Below, piece by piece: positions 32,242 through 42,842 of a stretch of 64,000 nucleotides of DNA (its first letter is position 1; the number at the start of each line of letters is the position of its first letter). The stretch covers positions 1,600,001 to 1,664,000 of the forward strand of contig CAWAUV010000007.1 in assembly GCA_963785305.1 (NCBI GenBank), read 5' to 3'. The position numbers and the translations under genes are program-made. The notes under the pieces were generated by a model that saw only the letters and a list, made by a program, of their open reading frames with translations, did not search any database and was not told the origin of the DNA. The DNA comes from an uncultured Planctomycetaceae bacterium. GTDB taxonomy: Bacteria; Planctomycetota; Planctomycetia; Pirellulales; PALSA-1355.

Positions 32242-34176
32242 ATCGCGGTAGGGATGGCCCTTTCGGGCCACCCCCCGCACAGATCCGTACGTGCGGAACT
32301 ACCGCATACGGCTCCTACCTTGGATACAAACGATCAAACCGCACTTCGGGATAAGGATGCAGGATTTTCGGGGTGGGAAGCCATCGTTTGCAAAGCTGCG
32401 AGAACTTCCGCCAGGTCATCCGGCGTCCGCGTTGGCTGCGTCGCCGCAGCATGCGGAGCCAGAGTTTCTGGAGCGCCGTGCGGAATTGTTGCAATCGCAC
32501 CGAGTTGCCGGGAATCGCATGGTAATTGAGCCATCCCCGGTAAACGCTCGATAGCCATGGCCCGACTTGCGCCAAGTCCATGTGCATTTTCCCGCGCAGC
32601 GCTTCTTTCAGTTCGCGCAGTTTGCCACGAAACTTCTTGGCCGATGAGATGCGGCGAATGGTGAATTCGCCCTTCCGGGTCACGCCACTGATGTGGGTGA
32701 AGCCCAGGAAGTCGAATGTCTCCGGTGGGCCATCGCCACGCTTCGATCGTCGTTCGGCCGCATAGCGTCCGAACTCGATCAGCCGCGTCTTCTCCGGGTG
32801 CAGTTCCAAACCGAATTTGGTGAAGCGTTCCCGGAGCGCCGCCAGGCAGCGTCGCGCGTCGGACTCCTCGCGGAATCCGACTACGAAATCGTCCGCATAG
32901 CGCACGATGATGACCTCGCCCACGGCATGGCGTTTCCGCCACGCCACCAGCCACAGGTCCAGAACATAGTGCAAGAACACGTTCGAATAGAGCGGCGAAA
33001 TCACCGCTCCTTGAGGTGTTCCCACGGTGCTCGGGGACCATTCGCCATCTTCCGACACTCCGGCTCGAAGCCATTTCTTCAGCAGCCGAAGCAGTCGTCG
33101 GTCGGCGATCCGATGCTCCAGGAACTTCATCAACCATGCGTGGTCGATGTTGTCGAAGAAGCCGCGGATGTCCGCATCCAAAATCCAGTTCACTTTCCGC
33201 TTCTTGATGCCCACGTAGAGCGCGTCCAAGGCTCGGTGACAGCTTCGTCCAGGACGAAAGCCGTAACTGAAACCCAGAAAGTCCTCTTCGTAGATGCACT
33301 CCAGGATCGTCCGTACGGCTTGCTGGACGATCTTGTCCTCCAGCGCCGCGATCCCGAGGGGCCGCGGCTTGCCGTCGAGCTTGGGAATCCAAGTTCGCTT
33401 GGACGGCCTGGCTCGATAGGCTCCCCGATGGATTCGACTGTGCGGATCGTCGATCCGCGTTTCGAAATCGGTGGCGTATTGAGCCCATGTCAGGCCATCG
33501 ACGCCGGGCGCGGCTTGCTTCTTCAGGTCGAAGAAACTCGCCACCAGCAGTTCGGGCGTGACATGGTTCAGCAGATTGTTGAACCGCATCTTCTTGTCGC
33601 GTTGTGCCGCTTCTCGCACGCCCAGCAGTCCGCGCGACCTGGGAGCCCGGCGTGTGTCCGGTCCAGTAGCGACTGCTCGGCGTTCTCCTCGGTCAGCTCC
33701 CTTCCCTCCACGGGCTCCGCCGACAGCGGCACGCTGTCGTTGTTCGCCTGCTTCTTTGGTACTATGGAACTGTCTGACTCCCCGGGAACGTGCATGTCGG
33801 ACTTGTGGCCTCGCGCCTTCTCCGACCGATCCGCTTCCGGTGAAACGGATGTTCCCGGGATCTCCCGGCTTCCGCGAGAAAAGTTTCCGGCCGTGCGGGT
33901 GGTCTCAGACTCCGTGGGGGAGACGTCGGACTCGCCATGATCGTTCGACATCACTGTTGCCTTCCCGCATGAATCGAGCGACGGGGTCAGGACAAGGTCG
34001 GCCACCGCAAAAGAATGTTTTCGGAGCTCGATACACCGCCCGGCCGTGCCTCTGTGAACGCTTCGCCCTGCCAGTTGCCCGACACGACGCATCAATCGAG
34101 GCCGAGGTGGCTGGCTAGGCCTTGCCTCGTGCGACTCTTTCATTCGCGACTCTCCTCCGGCTTCGCGCCGGCGCAC
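32242..34176 (-). mobile_element. Group II intron copy 5 (inverted)
   Basis: Minus strand GAATTCAAAGGGGTCAGG^GTGCG...CGCGAT^AGTCAGTGATTT. Confidence 0.93.
32315..33619 (-). CDS. ltrA: Group II intron RT/maturase
   Basis: YADD RT, same as the other copies. Confidence 0.9.
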   Translation of the reverse strand: MREAAQRDKKMRFNNLLNHVTPELLVASFFDLKKQAAPGVDGLTWAQYATDFETRIDDPHSRIHRGAYRARPSKRTWIPKLDGKPRPLGIAALEDKIVQQAVRTILECIYEEDFLGFSYGFRPGRSCHRALDALYVGIKKRKVNWILDADIRGFFDNIDHAWLMKFLEHRIADRRLLRLLKKWLRAGVSEDGEWSPSTVGTPQGAVISPLYSNVFLHYVLDLWLVAWRKRHAVGEVIIVRYADDFVVGFREESDARRCLAALRERFTKFGLELHPEKTRLIEFGRYAAERRSKRGDGPPETFDFLGFTHISGVTRKGEFTIRRISSAKKFRGKLRELKEALRGKMHMDLAQVGPWLSSVYRGWLNYHAIPGNSVRLQQFRTALQKLWLRMLRRRSQRGRRMTWRKFSQLCKRWLPTPKILHPYPEVRFDRLYPR

Positions 34177-34197
34177 CCTGACCCCTTTGAATTCTCC

Positions 34198-34641
34198 TTA
34201 ACAGCTCAAAAGTTCTTCGGCCTTACTCACGTCAATGCCAAAATCACAAAAGAATTCAATTAAACAAGAACGTTGCTCACAACTAAGTTTGGAAATCACG
34301 TCGGATCTTCGCGCACTTCCCGAAAACTGAGCAAAGATGTGGCCCCAAATTACCCCTTGGTGACCCCATATTTCTTCTTGACTGTCAGCGCCGCTAAGTG
34401 CCGCGATCATGAACGCAGGCAGATAATAAACGAACGCCTGATCTGTAAAAAACCAGAGCGATGAATAATGCTTGACAAGGTCGATGTCGGGAATATCGAA
34501 ATTGCGCTTTCCGGAAAAATACAACGATGTGTTTTCGTCATCATATGTTTCAACGACCAGATTATCTTTTCTAGGCGGCGGAATCATCGCAAAAGCTGCA
34601 TGAACTCGTTCAATAAAGTGTCTGTATTGTATGGCGTCCAT
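34198..34641 (-). CDS. Immunity protein, DUF6714-like
   Basis: LWFFTDQAFVYYLPAFMIAAL; downstream of the Ntox16-like CT. Confidence 0.68.
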   Translation of the reverse strand: MDAIQYRHFIERVHAAFAMIPPPRKDNLVVETYDDENTSLYFSGKRNFDIPDIDLVKHYSSLWFFTDQAFVYYLPAFMIAALSGADSQEEIWGHQGVIWGHIFAQFSGSARRSDVISKLSCEQRSCLIEFFCDFGIDVSKAEELLSC

Positions 34642-35138
34642 TCATGGTTTCTCAATACTAGAACGCGAATAACATCTGTCGGTAAGCTCAGACACCATCA
34701 CGGAGGACATCCACGTATTGCACGGAATTTCGCTGCGTTACGCGCCCACTCTGTATGTTGGTCAATTAAGCCTTGATGTATTTTATCGGTCTTGCCTTTG
34801 AAACAGCGATCTTGAATCGCTTGTCGTGCGACGGCACAAAGCGTATTTGCGAGTTGCAGAGCCTTCAAAACGTTACAAGGCTGTGTTGGGCTAGGCACAC
34901 CAGCTCCGATACACAGAACGTCTTTTGCGGCTTGTAAATAACCGAGTTCTTGAGCAGTGCAAGTCCCAGTATTCACTGGTGCTGGACGGCAATTGCAGTT
35001 TGTGAGTTGAGTTCCGCATTTGAAAAAATAGAAATCGTAATCGTAGCGAGTAGTGATCGGGCCAGCAGTGACCTGCCCCTTCGCTGCGCATTCTTGTTCG
35101 CATTTAGTTATCCATTCAGGCGATGTAGGAATAATAGT

Positions 35139-37051
35139 CCTTAAACCAGTATCCCTTTGAGGCGTGGGCGGGGAGATTTTTGGAAAAAAGCGAAATCCCT
35201 CGGCGGATTTGCGGTATTCTGTGTTTTTTGCCAGTCACGAACACCACGGCCACCGAGGGATTTCGAGTGAAAGCCAAGAACCAAAGAGCGCGGGCCAAGC
35301 GTCAGAGGGCGCAGGCCAAGGGCCGAAGAACACGGGCCAAGATACGCCGACGTCTCGCCGCATGCAAGCGGCGGGTCGAGCGGCGCATCGACAAGCACAA
35401 CTGCGAGGGTTGCGAGCGCCCGATCATGCGGCCCGGCAATATCAAGTATGAGCTTGCGGAGCGCGCGCAAGGCATGGCTTATGGCGGCTTGGGCGCGATG
35501 CGGTTGCTGGTCCAAGAACTGGGGCTGGCCGAAGCGATCGATCGGCGATTGCATCTGCTCAAGGTGCATCTGCCATATCATGAGAGCGATCATGTGCTCA
35601 ACCTAGCGTTCAACGCCTTGTGCGACGGCGATTGCTTGGAAGACCTCGAACTGCGCCGCAACGACGAAGTCTATCTCGACGCGCTCGGCGCCCGGCGCGT
35701 GCCCGATCCGACCACGGCGGGCGACTTCTGCCGACGTTTCAAGCCGAGCGACGTGCGCGCGCTGCAAGAAGCTTTCCACGAAACACGACATAAAGCTTGG
35801 GCTCGCCAGCCCGCCGAGTTCTTCGCCCAAGCCCGCATCGACATGGACGGCGTGTTCGCGCCCACCGGCGGCCAGTGCAAGGAGGGCATGGACATCTCCC
35901 ACAAGGGCGAATGGGGCTATCATCCGCTGGTCGTGTCGCTGGCCAACACGGGCGAAGTGTTCTCGATCGTCAACCGCTCGGGCAACCGGCCCAGCCACGA
36001 AGGGGCGGCGGCCGAAGTCGATCGCGCGCTGGAAGTCTGCTTCGCCGGCGGCTTTCGCAAGGTGTTGCTCCGCGGCGACACCGACTTCTCGCAGACGACG
36101 CATCTGGACCGCTGGACGGACGACCCGCGCGTGCGATTCGTGTTCGGCATGGACGCCAAGCTGAAATTGCAGCTTTTGGCCGACGACTTGAAGGACAAGT
36201 CCTGGCAACCGCTCGAGCGCGCGCCGCGTTATGCCGTGAAGACGAAGCACCGCGCACGGCCGACCAATGTTAAGGAAGGCATCGTGCGCGAGCGGGAATT
36301 CAAGAACCTGCGGCTGGTGGGCGAAGAGGTCGCCGAGTTTGATTATCGACCCACGGCGTGCAAGAAGGTGTATCGCCTGGTGGTGGTGCGCAAGTGGATC
36401 GACGAGCACCAAGGTCAGCGGACGCTGTTTTCCAGCTATCGCTACTTCTTCTACTTGACGAACGATCGCGAGCTCACGCCGGCCGAAGTGGTGTTCGAGG
36501 CGAACGACCGCTGCGATCAAGAGAACCTGAACGCGCAGCTTAAAGGCGCGGTGCGCGCCTTGCACGCGCCGGTCGACAACTTGGTGAGCAACTGGGCCTA
36601 CATGGTGATGGTCTCGCTGGCCTGGAACCTGAAGGCGTGGTGGGCCTTGCTCTTGCCCGAGCCGCCGGGCCGCGAACAAGAAGCGCGGCGCGAGGAAAAG
36701 AAGACGGTGCTCAAGATGGAGTTCAAGACATTCCGCAACGCTTTCATTCGGATGCCATGTCAAATCGTGCGTGGCGGGCGAAGATTGATCTATCGTTTGT
36801 TGGGTTGGAATCGCTGGCAAGTCGTGTTGTTTCGCTGGCTGGACGGCCTGCGATGTTGACGCCGATCAATTGAAGCCGGAGTCCGGACGCTCCGGTCCGC
36901 CGCCACGCCGAACCAGGAAAGCCAACCGCCAATGCCAAACAAAAACCCGCCGCCGAGAGTAGCGCGCCCGCCGGCGCCGCCCGCTCACGCCGTGCGCACC
37001 GCCGGCCACGCGAAACCGCCGCAAAACGCAACCGCGTACGCTTGTTTAAGG
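35139..37051 (+). mobile_element. IS1380-family element copy 2
   Basis: IRs CCTTAAACC / TGTTTAAGG; 6-bp TSD AATAGT; near-identical to copy 1. Confidence 0.92.
35180..36859 (+). CDS. IS1380-family transposase (likely start GTG ~35267)
   Basis: DDE motifs as in copy 1; intact frame. Confidence 0.9.
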   Translation: MEKSEIPRRICGILCFLPVTNTTATEGFRVKAKNQRARAKRQRAQAKGRRTRAKIRRRLAACKRRVERRIDKHNCEGCERPIMRPGNIKYELAERAQGMAYGGLGAMRLLVQELGLAEAIDRRLHLLKVHLPYHESDHVLNLAFNALCDGDCLEDLELRRNDEVYLDALGARRVPDPTTAGDFCRRFKPSDVRALQEAFHETRHKAWARQPAEFFAQARIDMDGVFAPTGGQCKEGMDISHKGEWGYHPLVVSLANTGEVFSIVNRSGNRPSHEGAAAEVDRALEVCFAGGFRKVLLRGDTDFSQTTHLDRWTDDPRVRFVFGMDAKLKLQLLADDLKDKSWQPLERAPRYAVKTKHRARPTNVKEGIVREREFKNLRLVGEEVAEFDYRPTACKKVYRLVVVRKWIDEHQGQRTLFSSYRYFFYLTNDRELTPAEVVFEANDRCDQENLNAQLKGAVRALHAPVDNLVSNWAYMVMVSLAWNLKAWWALLLPEPPGREQEARREEKKTVLKMEFKTFRNAFIRMPCQIVRGGRRLIYRLLGWNRWQVVLFRWLDGLRC

Positions 37052-40000
37052 AATAGTCGCAACGAGTCCAAAAGAATCGATCATCGAAATTGGATCGTTC
37101 CGTAAATATCGGAATGAATTCTGAAGATCAGCATCAAGCCCGATTGGATCTCGCATGACCCAGAGGCCGATGGCCGCATTTAAGTATCGGTATCGCGCCA
37201 GATACAAACTTGATTCACTGTCCCAGCGATACCCGCAGTAGAGGGTTTCCCAGGCGTAGGCGGAGCCGCCGGCGCGAACCGTGAAATCGGGGTTCAGGAA
37301 TGTCGGCAGGCCGTAGGCGGTGTAGGTGTAGCGTTCTTGAACGGCGCCTGACGTGTTGACGACCGAAGTCACGTTCCAGTTGGCGTCTTGGAGGGCGTAG
37401 AGGCGCTCCGTTGTGCGGTCGCGCAAGACCAGATCATCGATGTAGCGTTGGCCCCAGACGAATTGACGATCGGCGGTCGTGGCGCCGCCGACGCGTTCTT
37501 CGAGGACTTGCCACATGTTCGAGTAGTACAAGTCGCGCACGATGCCGGAAATCGTCTTTTGCGTGCGGCGATTGAGGCCGTCGTAGCTGTACGTGGCGAC
37601 GCCTAGCAGTTGCGTCAAGCGGTTCCAAGCGTCGTAGGTTGCCGCGAACGAACTCGCGGGCGCCGCCGGTTGCGGAATCGTCGTCATGTTCCCGGCCGGG
37701 TTGTAAACCGGCTGCGCCCACGCGGCGCCGTAGCGCTGCGTGATGCCCATGATCTCATTCACAGGATTCGACACGCGCTGCTGGTCGAGGTTATTCGCGG
37801 AAGTCACGACATCCGTGTTGACGAAATTCGACCAGTTGCCCGTGGCGTCGAGGCCCCATTGTTGCGCGAGGGTCATGTTCGCGATGGACTGGTTATTATT
37901 CGTAAGGGCGCCGCGGCTCATGTCGGTGAGGCGCTGCATGCCGTCGTACGAATACAACTCATCGTTGCCGGCGGCGACGGCTTGATGGCGCCAGAGGCGG
38001 TTGCCAGACTGGTCGTAGCCGTACTCGATCTGGTCGAGCGTGGCGCTGGGCGTCGTCCAGGGGTTGTTGATCACGCGGCCGAACTGGTCGAGGCCGAGAT
38101 ATGGATTCGCGCCGGAGCCGCCGGCAAGCGACCAAGTGACGTCGGGCTGGGGGTACGTCAGATCGACGAACGTGGCGAGGCCAAGATACGTATACTCGAC
38201 CAGTGTCGTACTGTCGTAGTCGATGTAGCTGGTGACGCGGGAAAGAGCGTCGTCGTTGCCGCTGGCGTAGTTGTAGGTGACGACGCGAGGTGTTGTGCCG
38301 CCGATGGCGCCGGGATACGTGATTGCCGTCAGGCGTGTCGTGTTGGCACTGCCGTCGGCGTAGGCGTATTGCACGTTGGGCGACGTGGCGGTGTTCACGG
38401 CGGCGCCATGCTGCTGGTACTGCGTGATGAGTTGCTGGAAACCATTGTACGCATTCTGAACCTGATTGACTACCGTGTTCGCACCGGTGTCGGCGTAGCT
38501 CGTGACCTGATTCACGAGGCCGCGAATCTCATAGTTCGTGCTGATCAGCTGGATGCTGCTGTCGATACCCGATCCGACGGTCGTGATGATGTCGTCCGTC
38601 GGGCGACCGAGCAAATCGAATAGGTACTGATGCACCGTGCCGTTTTGATCGGTTTTGCCGGTGACTTGGCCTTGGCGATTATAAATCTGCGTGACTTGAT
38701 CCGAGCCCGCCGCGCTGTCGGGGTAGATCGTAGCGCTGAGCAAGCTGTTGCTGGCGATCGAGGATTGGGCCAAGGTCGTGCCGTAGACGAACTGCGTCGT
38801 TTGGTTGCCGGTCGTGGGATTCACGGCAGTCAAGGCGATCATGTTGCCATCGGCGTTGTAGGCGAACAGGACCGTCACGTCGGTTGAATCGCCGGGGCAA
38901 CCGCCGGTGTAGTTGCTCACCGTGCTGAGCGGCTTGTGCAAGGCGTTGAACGTTTGCAATGTCACGATGCCGGCGGGATCGGTGGTTTGATTGAGATTGC
39001 CGGCGATATCGTAGGCGAAGCTCGTCACCAGCACTGTGGGCGATGAAGCCGGCGGCGTGGCGGGGGCGGTGAAGGCGGCGTTGCCATTCGTGCCGTAGTT
39101 GGCCGAGGCCGCCATGCGGCCAATGCCATCGGGGAAGTTCGCGACATAACTTACGCGGGCCAAGGGCTGCGTTCCGCTATACGGCGGATTCAAGGCGCCC
39201 GAGCCGGTGGCGCTGTCGAACCGCTGATAAGAGTCGGTCTCGACGGCATTATTGGCATCGTCGAACGTGGTGAGCGTCTGCTCGAAGATGATGTTTTGGC
39301 TCGTGACTTGGCCGACGTCGCTGTAAGGCTCCGTTCCCGAGCCGGTGTAATAACCTTGATACGACGCCGTGACTCGGGCATGGCTATCGTATACCTTCTT
39401 GGTGAATGTCTGGGCGCCGGCGGGCAGCGTCTTGATGATATTGTTCGCCAGGTCGTACCAAGTGTCGTCGACGAGCGAATTGCCCAAGGCGCCGGTGTTC
39501 GGATTCACCGAATAGACTTGCGTTTGATAAACGCGGCTGCGGTCGTCCCAGTAGGTCAGCGTTCGCGCGAGAAGCTGACCGTTCGCGGTCGTGTTGCGGC
39601 GGTCGACTTGAATCACGCGGTCGAGATTGTCGTACACGGTGACCTGGTAGAACTCGAGCTCGCCGTCGATGCCGATTTGCCGGTCGCGGAAGTCGTAAAT
39701 GTAGCTGGTGACCCGGTCGTTCTCGCCGGTGGCGTCGACGAACGCGGTCTTTTCGGTGAGGTTGCCGTCGCCGCCCGACGAACCGCCGTCGTACACGTTG
39801 CCGGTGACTTGGACCATGTTGTTGCCCGGTGCGCCGCCGCCCGTCGGGTCGCTGCTGGTGGCGCCGGTCGCGTTCGTGCCGACGAAGATGCCGAGGACGA
39901 GCCCGCGCGGATCAAAAACCTTGGCCGTGATCGTGCCGCCCGGCGTGGTCAACATGTTCTGCCGATCGAGAATGTCGTAGCTGGTCACAGCCAGATATCC

Positions 40001-40772
40001 CGCAACGATGGGCTCGGCGGGCACTTGGGGACGTAGTATGTTCGTCGTAATTAACATGAGGGCATCGTTGGGATGCTTCCTTCTCCTCCCACATCTGGCA
40101 GCCGATTTTTTTCAATGCGCAGAGAGTTGATAAACAGACCACGTTTCGTGTTGCCGTGGATATTAATATATAATTATCCGCAAACACTGGATGTAATTGT
40201 TCGGCGAAGATTTGCCAAAACGCACCGACGATGGCAAGCGACCGGCCAGCCACATTCCCTTTTCCAAATACTGCCCAAACCATTAATACGATCGCGATGT
40301 CAAGTTTCAAAGACGCGCGGCACAAATAGAACGCCAAATTCGGTTTCTTCACGACGATTATTGCAAACGCGCACGTTGCCACCGTTAAAGCAAAGCATAA
40401 TTGAAGTGTTCGTGGCCTCATTCGCCAAATTATTGTGTGCTGTGCTGCTGATGCCCCAAGCATGAATGAAGAAAGGAAATTCCATGAGCGACGAACCACC
40501 AGTATGGTGATGAAAATACACACTACAATCGCAAGGATTTCGATCAGAACGAATAGAAAATCCGCGATTGTGAGCCTGCTCGCGATCGACGCGGCAATAG
40601 CAAAAAATGCCGAAATCACCGCAACGGCCAGCAATATGGACCGGAGGCTATATCGCCGATGCGTTCGTATTGCTTCCATCAATGCTCTAATAACCGCAGC
40701 GACAATAGGTTTCGAATGTTGCATCCCCACGACGGCAACGTACACCGCGAACACAAGAAATGGAATTTCAAC

Positions 40773-42309
40773 GTAACTGTTAAGCATTTCCTCTTTCCCG
40801 AAATTGGGTTTTCGGTCACATTGATTGGATCATGGATGATCGAGATCGACGGATCGCCGAGTTGGAAGCGGAAATCGCCCGGTTGCAGGCGGAGAACGGA
40901 ACGCTGCGCAAGCGCGTCGAGCAACTCGAACAGCAAGTCCAAAAGTTTTTGCAGCGGCGCAAGAAAACCCGCTCGGCCAGCGATGCGCGGCGTGGCGAAC
41001 AGGATCGCCGCCGCAAGCAGTTTCGCAAACATCCGGGCAGCTTTCGTCCAGGGCCGCCGCCCGGCACGGTATTCATCGAACACGATGTGCATCCGCGAGA
41101 GTGTCCGCACTGTGGCGGCCGCGATCTGACCGCCACCGGCGAGTTCGAAGACCATGAGATGGCGGAGATTCCAGAGCCCAAGCTCGAATGGCATCGGTAT
41201 CGCCGTCATACCTATCGTTGTGAACATTGCCAAGCCACCTGCCAAGGACGCGGCGACTTGGAACTGCCCGGCGCCCACATCGGGCCACGCGCGCGCTTGT
41301 TGGTCTGCTACGCGCGGGTTCACCTGGGCATCTCGCTCGGCAAAACGCAACACTTGCTGAAAGACTTCTTTGGTCTTTCGGCCAGCCGGGCCGGATTGCT
41401 CGGCCATTTGCGTTGGGGCGGCGCTTTGTTCGAGCCGGTGGTCGACAAACTCTGGGAACTCTTGCGCAATTCGCCGGTCGTGCAAGGCGATGAGACCGGC
41501 TGGCGGATCGATGGCCAGCCCGTTTGGGCCTGGTGTTTTCGAGACACGCGCTTGGCATTGTTCCTGATCGATCGTCATCGCAATCGGGCCGTGCTCGAGC
41601 GAGCGTTGGGCACATCGTTCGCGGGCACGCTGGTCAGCGATTTTTATGCGGTCTACAACCGGCTCGACTGCCGCAAACAGCGCTGCTTGGTCCATTTGCT
41701 TCGCGAGTTGCACAAGCTGCGCGAGACGTTGCCGGCGGCGAGCGTGCGGGCCTTCATCCAGCCGTTGATCACGCTGTTTCAAGACGCGATCCGGTTGGGC
41801 CACGAGCGCAAGTCGCTCGGCAAAAAAGCTTTCAACGCGGCCCGACACGAGATTCAAAACCGTTTCGACACGTTGATGCTCGAGACGCGCGTGCGGCATC
41901 GCGAATGTTTGCGAATCTGGCGGCGGCTGTTCAAGCACTCGGACGAATTGTTCACCTTCCTCGACGATGCGAATGTTCCGGCCGACAACAACGGAACCGA
42001 ACGCGACATCCGAAGCCTGGCGGCGGCGAGGAATGATGGCGGCACGCATCGGACCGAATGGAGCGCGGCGGCGTTCGCCCGAATCAAGAGCGTGATCGCG
42101 ACCGGCGCGAAAAACGGTTTGAGCTTCGCAAGGTATGGAATCGAAGTCGTGCGCGCTAAATTGCAAGGCAAGACCCTGCCGCTGCCGATCACCAATAGCA
42201 GTTAAAACATCCGCCACGCGACCCATCCCCGGAAACCCCTCGCCCGCGATCCCCGCCAATATCGCCACCGCCCCCCCGCGCCCAGGCCACGCCACGGCTT
42301 AACAGTTAC
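40773..42309 (+). mobile_element. IS66-family element (single ORF, ISBst12-like)
   Basis: IRs GTAACTGTTAAGC / GCTTAACAGTTAC; 8-bp TSD ATTTCAAC. Confidence 0.93.
40832..42205 (+). CDS. IS66 transposase
   Basis: Coiled coil, CPHC zinc finger, GDETGW, SDFYAVY, QRCLVHLLR, DNNGTERDIR. Confidence 0.93.
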   Translation: MDDRDRRIAELEAEIARLQAENGTLRKRVEQLEQQVQKFLQRRKKTRSASDARRGEQDRRRKQFRKHPGSFRPGPPPGTVFIEHDVHPRECPHCGGRDLTATGEFEDHEMAEIPEPKLEWHRYRRHTYRCEHCQATCQGRGDLELPGAHIGPRARLLVCYARVHLGISLGKTQHLLKDFFGLSASRAGLLGHLRWGGALFEPVVDKLWELLRNSPVVQGDETGWRIDGQPVWAWCFRDTRLALFLIDRHRNRAVLERALGTSFAGTLVSDFYAVYNRLDCRKQRCLVHLLRELHKLRETLPAASVRAFIQPLITLFQDAIRLGHERKSLGKKAFNAARHEIQNRFDTLMLETRVRHRECLRIWRRLFKHSDELFTFLDDANVPADNNGTERDIRSLAAARNDGGTHRTEWSAAAFARIKSVIATGAKNGLSFARYGIEVVRAKLQGKTLPLPITNSS

Positions 42310-42842
42310 ATTTCAACGATCTCATCGAATCCATGCGGCTTTATAGTTTCGGAAACTAGACATGACAAATACGTAACACAAAGCATCACCACAAATAAAC
42401 GATAAACGATTGAACCGACCCCCAATACGCCCCAGCATCCTATCAATGCGATCTGTGCGTAGGTTATCCCATCTGCGACAAAGTCTTCGTCGCTGCCGGT
42501 GCAATCGGCGATCCGAACAACCACAAGACTTCCCAGGACGTGGATTGTCGCAAGGCCGGCCATGACCACACAAGGCTTGGAGCACGAATGTAAAAACGAC
42601 GTATTGCGTCGCTGCGTTTCATATGATTCGTCTGATTGTCGACTTTCGCCGACTACGATTCGCCGATGCATTGTACGTACGCCGCTTTCTACAAAACGAC
42701 CAAGTTGTACGCGTCTGCAATGCATACAACATGTACTAGCATCGATTGTTGTTGCATCTCAAACCGCACGTGTGAGGATGCCGTAAAGTGTTACGAATAA
42801 GCAATGCGCAAGCTGCTGATGGGCTACATCGAAGTGGCCTGA

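Larger units (their letters stand above)
34698..40057 (-). pseudogene. Long orphan Rhs (third core family) with an Ntox16-like Cys-rich CT, interrupted by IS1380 a few codons after DSFG
   Basis: Removing the IS gives in-frame DSFGLVATIIPTSPEW...CAVARQAIQDRCFKGKTDKIH. Confidence 0.8.
39912..42725 (-). pseudogene. Multi-pass membrane protein in the immunity position, split by IS66
   Basis: ...GFDEIVEI|PFLVFAVY... rejoins across the TSD; RRYSLRSILLAV planctomycete-type motif. Confidence 0.65.
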
